Below, one piece after another: positions 53,867-64,000 of a DNA stretch of 64,000 nucleotides. Where the stretch lies: the NCBI GenBank assembly GCA_951406725.2, contig OX597833.1, positions 52,266,001 to 52,330,000 on the forward strand, read 5' to 3'. Within the stretch, counting starts at the first letter, position 1. The number at the start of each line of letters is the position of its first letter. The DNA comes from Octopus vulgaris (taxonomy: Eukaryota). The notes beneath the pieces were generated by a model that saw only the letters and a list, made by a program, of their open reading frames with translations, was not told the DNA's origin and made no database searches. Both the position numbers and the translations under genes were made by a program.

Positions 53867-54699
53867 TCGTACAACTGTCTTGTGTTAATCGGTGGAGTCC
53901 ATTACTCGCTTCTTTCGCGTAACACCACTACTACTAATAATAATACTAATACTACTGTCACCACCACCACCACCACCACCACCATCAATACTTCTATTGC
54001 TGCTGCTGCTACCACTGCTGCTGCTGCTAGTGCAGTTCCTTTCAATGCCTGTTAGTAAACGTGCAAGTGTTTTTCCAATTCGCGTTTGAATTCGCGCGCT
54101 CGTACATACGTGCGTAAGTGAATGGCGTACACGTTCGTTTATCACTTCCTGTGTACATGATGTGTGTGTGTGTATGTTGTGTGTGTGTGTGTGTATGTGT
54201 GTGTATGTGTGTGTGTGTGTTTGTGTGTGTTTGTGTGTGTGTATGTGTGCATGTCCATGTGTCATTCAGTGTAAGGCATAATATGCAAAATATTACTGTG
54301 AAATTCATTTCATCTTTCCATGTGTAGTTATTGTTGTTGTGCTTGTTTAGTTAGCATGTCAGCCATGATCAATCAGACTTTGCCAGTCAAGGGCGTCGTT
54401 ACGGCCGTGACCACTACCTTCACTTTTTCTCTCTTTTTTCTCTCCTTTTTTCTTATCATAATGGTCTAAGGGCGTAACTTGGCTGCCATTTTTAGCACGT
54501 TTATCGACCACTCACAGACAACCACGTTGGCTTCCTTCTACATATGTTTAGTTTACCATATGTTAGTTCTTTAGTTCTTTCGTTTGGTTTAGCCATTACG
54601 AGCACGACCATGATGGAGCACCGCCTGTTAATGTGCTTTGTTTCAATGTCTTTGTGTTGTATGTATGTTTTATATATTGTTATTGTTGGTCATCGTGGG

Positions 54700-54832
54700 T
54701 GTTGTTGTTGGGTTTGTTGGTGGCGGTGGTGGTGGTGGTGGTAGTGGTGGTGGTGGTGATGATGATGGTGTGATGGTGGTGGTATTGGTGCTAGTAATGT
54801 TGCTGGTGTTGTTGGTGGTGGTGTTGGTGGTA
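54700..54832. repeat. (GGT)n/(GTT)n array
   Basis: Read directly. Confidence 0.9.
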
Positions 54833-55135
54833 GAGGTACTTAGCACCTCCCCCATGTCAGGCCAGCTGTGTTGTTTTGCATTACGATGGTAGGGTGTAGC
54901 TTGAGAGATCTTTAAGGTACGATCAAAAGGCTCTCCGTCCGTGACCATAACGTGTAGTGATGATGCTTTTCTCTTAAATACAGAGGTAAAATCTTCAAAG
55001 TACGTTGTCATTGCACCGCCCCCATATTTGGGGGCAGGCGGGAAAATGCTGTGGAGCACATTTGGCTGTTATTTCGAGAGTCCATGCTGGGATTCCCTTA
55101 CCTTATTGGTTTGTATTGAGAGTAGTGCGTGTGTG

Positions 55136-55195
<60 letters not shown>

Positions 55196-55494
55196 AGTAT
55201 ATCTAATTATGTGTTTTAGCCTAAAAACATGTCTTTCTCACAATCCCAGCTCCTCAGGTTCGATCCCCCAGTGAAGATCTCTACCAACTGTGGCTTGTCA
55301 GCGAAATTGAGTAGACGGAAATTGTGAGGAATCTCAGTGGATGAACTTTAATCTGTACTTACTTGAAAGGCCCATTCTAGTCACACCATGTCATACTGAA
55401 TTTGCAGGAATATCACTTTAAGGTTACACGCATATGTGGAATACTCAACCACTTGCTCGCTAATTTAAATGAGTTGTCAGTTCAGTTGATAAAA

Positions 55495-55803
55495 CGATAA
55501 ACGTCGCCCTTTTCAAGCCTAGCCAGGCTCATGGGCCCGGTTTCCCGGTTTCTGTGGCGTATGAGTTCCCCCCAGCTGGACGGGACGCCAGTCCATCGCA
55601 GCGTTACTCAAGAAACAGGAAGAGAGAATGAGAGTAAGCTGTGGAGAAAGAGTACAACAGGGGTCGCCACCCCCCACCGCCGGAGCCTCGTGGAGCTTTT
55701 AGGTGTTTTCGCTCAATAAACACACACAACGCCCGATCTGGGAATCGAAACCACGATCGTCTGACCGCGAGTCCGCTGCACTAACCACTGGGCCATTGCG
55801 CCT
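55495..55803 (-). mobile_element. SINE type C2 inserted in an old C1-like copy
   Basis: 12-bp TSD CAGTTGATAAAA (55483-55494 / 55804-55815). Upstream 55360-55490 is a decayed C1 body. Confidence 0.93.
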
Positions 55804-55871
55804 CAGTTGATAAAAGAAAGCGGATATCGATTGGCAAGATCAACGGATATCTATTAACATAATTTTTGTAT

Positions 55872-56267
55872 TCTCTTTTTCTCTTTTACTTGTTTGACTG
55901 CGGCCATGCTGGAGCACCGCCTTTAGTCGAGCAAATCGACCCCGGGACTTATTCTTTGTAAGCCCAGTACTTATTTTATCGGTCTCTTTTGCCGAACCGC
56001 TAAGTGACCGGGACGTAAACACACCAGCATCGGTTGTCAAGCAATGCTAGGGGGACAAACACAGACACACAAACATATACACACACACTTATATATATCT
56101 ACATATATACGACAGGCTTCTTTCAGTTTCCGTCTACCAAATCCACTCACAAGGCATTCGTCGGCCCGGGGCTATAGCAGAAGACACTTGCCCAAGATGC
56201 CACGCAGTGGGACTGAACCCGGAACGATGTGGTTGGTTAGCAAGCTACTAACCACACAGCCACTCCT
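55872..56267 (-). mobile_element. Full-length SINE type B
   Basis: Matches 35926-36316 end to end. Confidence 0.95.
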
Positions 56268-56713
56268 ATATATATATATGTATATGCACTGTTTATTGTT
56301 ATCAACACTGGTCGATTAGTCATACGCTCAGTCCTGTTCCACCTATGGTCATGCTGTCTTTTTGAATATCGTGGACTACAACAACAAATGTGTTATTAGA
56401 ATAATTTAATGAAGATTAGGTTGCTACTTCTTGAAGTTTCAAGCGAAAGGGAACAGGATCTTCTATTGGTACTTTGTCTTTTTCGCGTATGTATGTGTGT
56501 GTGTAGACTTGCTAGAAGTAATACCCAAGGGCTCTTTCAAATGATACCCTGCCGTTGTAGGAAAAAGAAAAAGTCATATTACATAATGTAACTCTAGATA
56601 GAGTGTCTAAAAAACGATGAGATCATCATGATGATAAGTGAGTTTAATCAGGACTGGTGTGACTCTAAGTAAAAACACCAGCGATACCCACAATAACAAC
56701 CAATGATAGGAAT

Positions 56714-56903
56714 GATTTCTTACATTCACTGACCAAATGGCAATCAGACTTCGCCAGTCAAGGGCGTCGTTACGCCCTAGACCATTATGATAAGAAAAAA
56801 GGAGAGAAAAAAGAGAGAAAAAATGAAGGTGGTGGTCACGGCCGTAACGACGCCCTTGACTGGCAAAGTCTGATTGCCATTTGGTCAGTGAATGTAAGAA
56901 ATC
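56714..56903. repeat. 61-bp inverted repeat with 68-bp spacer
   Basis: Arms 56714-56774 and 56843-56903, one mismatch. Confidence 0.95.
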
Positions 56904-56919
56904 TGATTCCACTACACAA

Positions 56920-57180
56920 AGCGGCGAGCTGGCAGAGACGTTACTTTGAAACCAAGTATTATAAGGTGTTCAGCTGGCAGAATTGTTCGCAAGCCGGACA
57001 AAATGCTTAGTGGCATTTTCCCAGTTTTATGTTCTGAGTTCAAATTACGCCGAGTTCTTCTTTGCGTTTCATTCCTTCAGGGTCGATATGAATAGTACCA
57101 GTGGAGCACTAGGTCAATGTAAACGACTAGTCCCTCCGCCAAAATTTCAACCCTTGTGCTTATTGTAGAATGGTTTATTA
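56920..57180 (+). mobile_element. Diverged SINE type A
   Basis: GCGGCGAGCTGGCAG head, restarted at about 56965, then GTTCTGAGTTCAAATT...CAGGGTCGATA. Confidence 0.75.
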
Positions 57181-57462
57181 ATTACCAGTGGGTTGTCTGT
57201 GCATAGAGGAAACACATTCATACAAACAAACACACACTGAATTTTATAGATATAATTTAACTATTACAAACAATTAACTATTATGAGCCTAGGAATTATT
57301 AATTATTAACCCAGGAGCGAAACCGAGAATTTTTAAACTTCTTTGAAAAGCATGACGAAAGAAAACTATCACATCCTTGTCTTTTGCATTATCGCTTTTA
57401 ATGAGATCTGCTTTAGAAAGAGCTAAATCTGTCTGTACATTCATGAATGACTGAATGTGTGT

Positions 57463-57512
<50 letters not shown>

Positions 57513-58029
57513 TTGGTGGTAATTTAGTGCGTAACAAACAGATGATACAGATGTGATAGCACCGTAGTCCAACCGGTTTTATCACTCCTCCTTTTGTCGC
57601 TAACTCTCAAGGCCGGACGGAGGAGATTTTTTGGTCTCACTGTAGGACTACAGTTGGCCATTGCATAATTGATAAAGATTATCTGTCGATTATGTCGACA
57701 TTATATTTTGTGGTATTTTATTTTATGGAATCCAGAAGGGTTAAATATAATGTTACCACGGTAGAATTTTTACTCAGATTTTACGTAAAAAGCCTAAAGT
57801 AAATTCAGCATTTCTCCTCATCCAACACCCTGAAGGACTTACAACACATAAAATCTTTAATTAACAGGATATATAGAACGTTCGTTATAATCCCCTATTT
57901 ATATCGACAAAATAAAGGAGACATACATTAAGTATGTGTTGCAGTTTAGTTCTCAATGAGAAAACCTATGTTCATTCATGTTGCAGTCACAAATGTCCTA
58001 TTTTTCTTTTTTTGTATTTTGTCACTTTT

Positions 58030-58698
58030 TACTTTTTACTTGTTTTAGTCATTGGACTGCGGCCATGCTGGTGCACCGTCTTGAAGGGTTTAGTCGAACA
58101 AATCGATCCCAGTTAATATTTTTTAAGTCTGGTACTTATTCTAGTGATTTCTTTTGTGAATTGATTGCGGGGACATAAACGAACCAACAGCGGTTGACAA
58201 GCAGTGGTGGTGGACAAACGCAAACACACACATGCATACGCAAACACACACGCACACACAATTGCACACACACACACACACACACACACACTTGTACAGA
58301 TACTGTCACACAATTACACAGACACAGACACGCACACATACACACGCACTTGTGCACACAATTGCATTCACACTTCTACACCTACTTACACACATACTTC
58401 CACGCTTTCTTCGACACTCTTACACACACACTTACATATACGCACACATACACATATATACGTATATATATATGTGTATGTGTGTGTATGTTTGTGTGTC
58501 TGTGTTTGTCCTACCCCACCCCAACATCGCTTGACAACCGATGGTGGTGTGTTTACGTCCCGTAACTTAGCGGTTCGGCAAAAGAGACCGATAGAATAAG
58601 TACTAGGCTTCCAAAGAATAAGTCCTGCGGGCGATTTGCTCGACTAAAAGCGGTGCTCCAGCATGGCCGCAGTCAAATGACTGAAACACGTAAAAGAA
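58030..58698. mobile_element. Two oppositely oriented SINE B 3' halves (58030-58220 minus, 58490-58698 plus) around a CA-rich tract
   Basis: Both match the type B 3' half. Confidence 0.8.
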
Positions 58699-59145
58699 AA
58701 TCCAAAATGTCCGATTCTTTTTTAAGGCGGTTTGGCAATATAAAGCAGAATTATATCGATATTGCTAGCAGAGAGACAGAGAGAGAGAGAGCAACTTCTT
58801 AGAGGCTCTCTGTTGTATGAGGTTGTAACAATACAACGAATATCGGGATTTGAAGCTCGTAGACTGTGTGTTCGAGAGATAGTATAATATGTTGCATGTA
58901 TTGTTATCTCAACTTATTCATTCTGTCGTTTATAAACCTGAGTCATATGGGAAACAATAAGAAAGAAAGAACAAAATGAAGAACTTTTATCGTGCGAGAC
59001 AGATGGTCGGCAGGGGAGATAAGAAGTTCACGGTAGTCAGATCACACACAAAGATTTACATAAGTAATGTTCCTTCCCTCTGCAACCCTCTCGCTCTTTC
59101 TTTCTCTCGCTTTCTCCATGTCTCTCTCTTCCCCTCTTTGATATA

Positions 59146-59158
59146 TATGTACACACAC

Positions 59159-59251
<93 letters not shown>

Positions 59252-59341
59252 AATATATATAGAGAGAGAGATGCCAGTATATAGTATAGATATGTTTGTA
59301 TGTACGTATCTACGTATGCATGTATGTATATATATATATGC

Positions 59342-59427
<86 letters not shown>

Positions 59428-59720
59428 CACACACATATGCATGTGAATCTGCATATTTATATATACGCACATATATATATATATATATATATACCTTTAT
59501 TTATATATACATGTATACACACACGCAAACACATACATATATATATATATATACGCACATACACAAACATGCGCACATGTTTTCATATACATGTCTACAT
59601 TAACGTAAGTGTGCGCGTACGTATAAGAGTGTGTGTGTGTGTTTGTGTGTGTGTTCCTATGTGTTTGTGTTCGTGTGTGTTCGTGTGTGGGTGTGTGCTC
59701 GCGTGTGGGTGGGTGTGTTA
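59146..59720. repeat. (CA)n/(TA)n/(TG)n complex microsatellite
   Basis: Read directly. Confidence 0.9.
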
Positions 59721-60635
59721 CGTTACATATAACCGCCACAGTAATCAAACCACTCAACGAAGAATCATCTTTTTTGACCCTCGGGAGTCTTCATCTGGGA
59801 GCAACAGTACCGTGGCTGTTAGATTCAAAGACATAACAGTGTAATGAAAAAAAATATTTTCATCCTAACACATTAAATGAAACATTTGTATTTATATTTT
59901 CTCGTCCCCACCTAATAATTTTTTGATAATCTTTCAAAGTTTTTATTTTATTTATTATTATTATGATATATATATTTTTTTTTTGCGCTGGATATCGCTA
60001 AATGTTTCAACAGTTTTATTTACAACATGATAAAGCTCTGCTCCTCTCTTCTATAGCAATAGTTTTAGTCGATAAAACTAAAATTTTAATGTCCCGTGAC
60101 CTATTACAAGCACCATTGAAGATGTTCACCCTGATGTCGTTCTTTTTCTGTTTTCTCCAGAGCTCTTGGCTTGTTTTTGAGTTGCGTAGCATAAGCTAAT
60201 TGAAAGAATTGTCAATTATACAGTGCCCGAGTTTTGCTCGTACAGGAGACAGATCTGCTGTATGTTCCCATTGTATGAATTCACAGATGGCTAGACACGA
60301 CTAACCTTCTGTCTGCGACGGGATACGAACCGTCTAACGTTTAGACTCCAGAATAGAATCCTAACTCGTCAGACGTTTGGGAATCTCACATGACACATAT
60401 GTTAACATATTGTTGTGGTTTCGCTCCAGATCAAACCTTATGGAAAAGACCTATGATCAAAGGCATACCATCCGTGGGTATACCAGTCCTTTTAGGGGTA
60501 CGAAGAAGATGGCCACGCATGGCTAACCCTGTGTCTATGAGGAAAGAGGAACCGTCTAATGATCAAACTCCAAGATAGCATCCTAACTGCTCAGGCACTT
60601 GTGAATCTCAATGGGAACTTATGTTAATATATTAG

Positions 60636-61097
60636 TTTCAAATTTTAGCACTAGGCCAGTAATTTCGGGAGAGGGAATAAGTCGGGGACAACGAAAAACC
60701 TGGTGGACAACGAAAAACCTGGCTGATGACAGTCAAGGCTGATCTGGAACCCAACCTAGGCCCCCATACCTACAGCGTTCGCCGCTGGAATAAGGAGAGG
60801 TTAGAGATCATGCGGTCGTTAGCCTCAAATCGCCAGGTCTGGTTGGCATTTGTCAGAGATGCAGCATTGAGGATGAATGAAGCCAGCTCAACCCATCCCG
60901 GGTGAATGCTGTCTCAAGACAAGACAAGACAAGACATTGACCCCAGTACTTAACTGGTACTTATTTTATCGATTCCGAAAGGATGATAGGCGAAGTCGAC
61001 CTTGGTGGTATATAAACTCAGAACGTAAAGACAGACAAGATGCCGCTAATCATTTTGCTCGACTTTCTAACATTTCCTCCAGTTCGTCACCTTCACT
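60636..61097 (-). mobile_element. Old SINE type A interrupted by an RTE fragment
   Basis: ...GGGAATAAGTCG [insert] ACATTGACCCCAGT... rejoins to the consensus AAGTCGATTACATCGACCCCAGT. Confidence 0.8.
60685..60935 (+). mobile_element. 5'-truncated RTE-clade LINE with (CAAGA)n tail
   Basis: GGQRKTWLMTVKADLEPNLGPHTYSVRRWNKERLEIMRSLASNRQVWLAFVRDA...HPG*, an RTE C-terminus, followed by CAAGACAAGACAAGACAAGA. Confidence 0.85.
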
Positions 61098-61946
61098 TAA
61101 ATTAATATATTGTTGTGTTTTAGCCCCAGATCAAACCTCATAGAGAAGAAATATGATCAAAGACTCTCCAACCATGACTATCCCAGATTTTGTAGAGTTA
61201 CGAAGAAACGCATTATCTAATGTGTCAGTTACTTAATCCATACTGCAGCGCATTATTTGAGGAAGATTTGTCTGCTATTTCTAGCAAGACAAGCAACCTT
61301 ATAATGGAACGTCGTTGGCTTGGCATACGTTTGCGTCAATTAGGTTCTAATCTTTACTGCAGACTCGAAGAAATTCTACACCAATTAGATGCAAATGGCT
61401 GTTATATTAATTTAGTTAATTAATTTTCTAAAACATATGTCTGCATGTTTCTAAGCCTAATTACTATAATCAATCAATGTAGATATTGTCTCTTAGAACT
61501 CCTTCATGATCCTTATCTAAAGTTGTACTTCGTAACCTATCTAAAGATCTCTCAGCAACCGAGAGATGCTTATCTAAATTTGACTCTTGTATATTGAAGT
61601 CTCAACACTGTCTTTTCACTTAATATTTAGCAAATTAGGGGAACATGTCCATCGTTTTTACATCTACTTTCGAAGCGTAATATCACCATTTTAGAGAAAT
61701 ATTATTCAAAGGAATTCTCTAATTGGAATGCTTATATCTTTTACTTTCAGTCTTTAGGTTGCAGTCATATTGGAGCACCAGTTTGAAGTATTTCTTGTCA
61801 AATGGATCGACCCCAGTTCTCGTTCTTTTGTTAAGCCTAACATTTATACTATGGGGCTCTATTGCCAAACCGGCAATAAATGCTTTGTTAGTTGTTTGGC
61901 AACTAATACATTTTCCTGATCACTTATATAGACTGCATGTTTATCG

Positions 61947-62515
61947 TATTTCTTTATTGCCCATAAGGGGCTAAACATAGAGGGGACAAACAAAGACAGA
62001 TAAACGGATTAAGTCGATTACATCGACCCCAGTGTGTAACTGGTACTTATTTAATCGACCCCGGAAGGATGAAAGGCAAAGTTGACCTCGGCGGAATTTG
62101 AACTTAGAACGTAACGGCAGACGAAATACCTATTTCTTTACTACCCACAGAGAGGACAAACAAGGACAGACAAACGGATCAAGTCGATTGCATCGACCCC
62201 AGTACGTAACTGGTACTTATTTAATCGACCCCGAAAGGATGAAAGGCAAAGTCGACCTCGGCGGAATTTGAACTCAGAACGAAGCAGCAGACGAAATACC
62301 TATTTCTTTACTACCCACAAGGGGCTAGGGCAAACAAGGACAGACAAACGGATTAAGTCGATTACATCGACCCCAGTGCGGAACTGGTACTTAATTTATT
62401 CGACCCCGAAAGGATGAAAGGCAAAGTCGACCTCGGCGGAATTTGAACTCAGAACGTAACGGCAGACGAAATACGGCTAAGCATTTCGTCCGGCGTGCTA
62501 ACGTTTCTACCAGCT
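61947..62515 (-). mobile_element. Tandem trimer of SINE type A
   Basis: Junction GACGAAATACCTATTTCTTTACTACCCACA at about 62120 and 62290. Confidence 0.95.
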
Positions 62516-62942
62516 TGTGTTCACTCTTTACGAGAATACAGTAGGCCGACCTGATCGGAATTTAAGCTGAGGGCTTAAAGCAGGTCGAAATGCCGCTAAG
62601 CATTTTATCTGCCACGCTAACAGTCTACTAACTCATCGCCTTGACTTTTGTATTTTGAAGTCGCCGTAGATTGAAAGTAAATAATGAACGTTCTTAATCA
62701 ATTCTCGATCATTATTTTCAGGGGGAGTTCTCAACATGATTTGATCAATCTCGGTGAAACAAGTCACCAATCTGTTTATATAGTCATCAGATCTAATAGC
62801 TTCAGAGAAGAGAAACCATTGGTTTGCATAATATAACAACTTAACACTCTATTTATATGGCATTTTTTTTAGGCCAAGGAATAAATACTGAGACGCATTA
62901 CATAGAGAACAACAAACCTTAGGAGACCAAGGTTCATATCCT

Positions 62943-63174
62943 ATTTCTTTACTACCCACAAGGGGCTAAACACAGAGGAGACAAACAAGGACAGACAAAC
63001 GGATTAAGTCGATTACATCGACCCCAGTACGTGACTGGTACTTAATTTATCGACCCCGAAAGGATGAAAGGCAAAGTCGACCTCGGCGGAATTTGAACTC
63101 ACAACGTAACGACAGACGAAATACGGCTACGCCTTTCGTCCGGCTTGCTAACGCTTCTGCCAGCTCGCCGCCTT
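62943..63174 (-). mobile_element. Full-length SINE type A
   Basis: 19-bp TSD AGACCA(A/T)GGTTCATATCCT (62924-62942 / 63175-63193). Confidence 0.95.
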
Positions 63175-63281
63175 AGACCATGGTTCATATCCTGTCATCC
63201 GTACCGTACTGTCTTTCTCTACAACACTCAGTTAATCTTAACAATCCAGTTCAGTTCGCTGTATGTAGGTGCGACTGTTTG

Positions 63282-63553
63282 GTATATAAATAATATAATA
63301 AATAAATGCGCCCTTTTAGAGCCTAGCCAGGCTCATGGGCCCGGTTTCCCGGTTTCAAGGGCGTATGTATTCCCCAGCTGGACAAGACGCCAGTCCGTCG
63401 CAGCGTTACTCATTTTCCCCAGCTGAGTGGACTAGAGCAACGTGAAATGAAGTGTTTTGCTCAAGAACACAACGCGTCGCCCAGTCCAGGAATCGAAACC
63501 ACAATCTTACGATCATGATGCTGACACCCTAACCACTAAGCCACGCGCCTCCA
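63282..63553 (-). mobile_element. SINE type D
   Basis: tRNA-like head, CORE-like GTGTTCTTGAGCAAAACACTTCATTTC, V-like tail shared with C2. TSD TGC(G/A)ACTGTTTG (63270-63281 / 63554-63565). Confidence 0.92.
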
Positions 63554-64000
63554 TGCAACTGTTTGACATGCTTACAAGTGATGACTGGCGATGAATTTGC
63601 AGAGTTGTTAGCAAATCGGATAAAACGCCACGCGGTATTTGTTCTGACGTTCGATCCTATAGAGAGCAACTTTGCATTTTATTACTTCATTACTTATCCA
63701 ATAAAATTTATACTAATCCGAGGCAGCGGATTAACGCAACGACAAGAACGTTGTGGTATTTATTCTGATTATGATTTTTAAAATCCGGCAGTAGTCTTCT
63801 TGGGTGATAGACTTAATCCGTCACCCAGTTTTAACCGCCCTTCTTGGTACATTGGGTGCCTTCAACAGAGTCCATTGTGTTGCAAGCATTTGTATCGTGT
63901 CTCTGGTCTGAGGATATTTTCTGTTTCACCTCAATCTATTTCACAGTGTTGGAAACTCTGTAAATAGTCAAGGATATTGATCTTCCCATCTGTCTAAACG

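Noticed and set aside
62633-62839. 68-aa minus-strand ORF with protein-like composition
   Set aside because: Non-ATG start, no recognisable motif, no convincing splice donor, and it ends in a SINE remnant.
61947-63174. Regularly spaced repeats resembling a CRISPR array
   Set aside because: Units are ~170-bp SINE copies with homologous rather than unique spacers. No cas genes, and the context is eukaryotic.

Overview
AT-rich, microsatellite-saturated animal DNA with no recognisable protein-coding host gene, rRNA, true tRNA or CRISPR array. It reads as intronic or intergenic sequence, most likely from an octopus (inferred from the SINE families and the simple-repeat density, not from a search). 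Almost all listed ORFs are translations of simple repeats. The real content is: (i) about 40 copies of at least six tRNA-headed SINE types, many with readable target-site duplications (TSDs), which share heads and tails in a modular way; (ii) decayed LINE pieces: three R4/Dong-type endonuclease 3' ends running into (TAA)n or (CAA)n, two RTE 3' ends, a Tx1/L1-type fragment and CR1/Jockey-group ends; (iii) DNA-transposon derivatives: a perfect 418-bp MITE with an 8-bp TSD and mariner remnants including a foldback; (iv) local duplications and minisatellites. The most notable signal is a set of foldback elements inside (TA)n tracts that carry Penelope-type minimal hammerhead ribozyme motifs. The best one caps a ~340-nt rod-like hairpin and has a compensatory U3:A8 core. 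Also notable are SINE multimers that share one exact junction at three separate loci, and a 61-bp near-perfect hairpin. All alignments and folds were done by eye. Family names come from remembered motifs, and the ends of degenerate copies are approximate.
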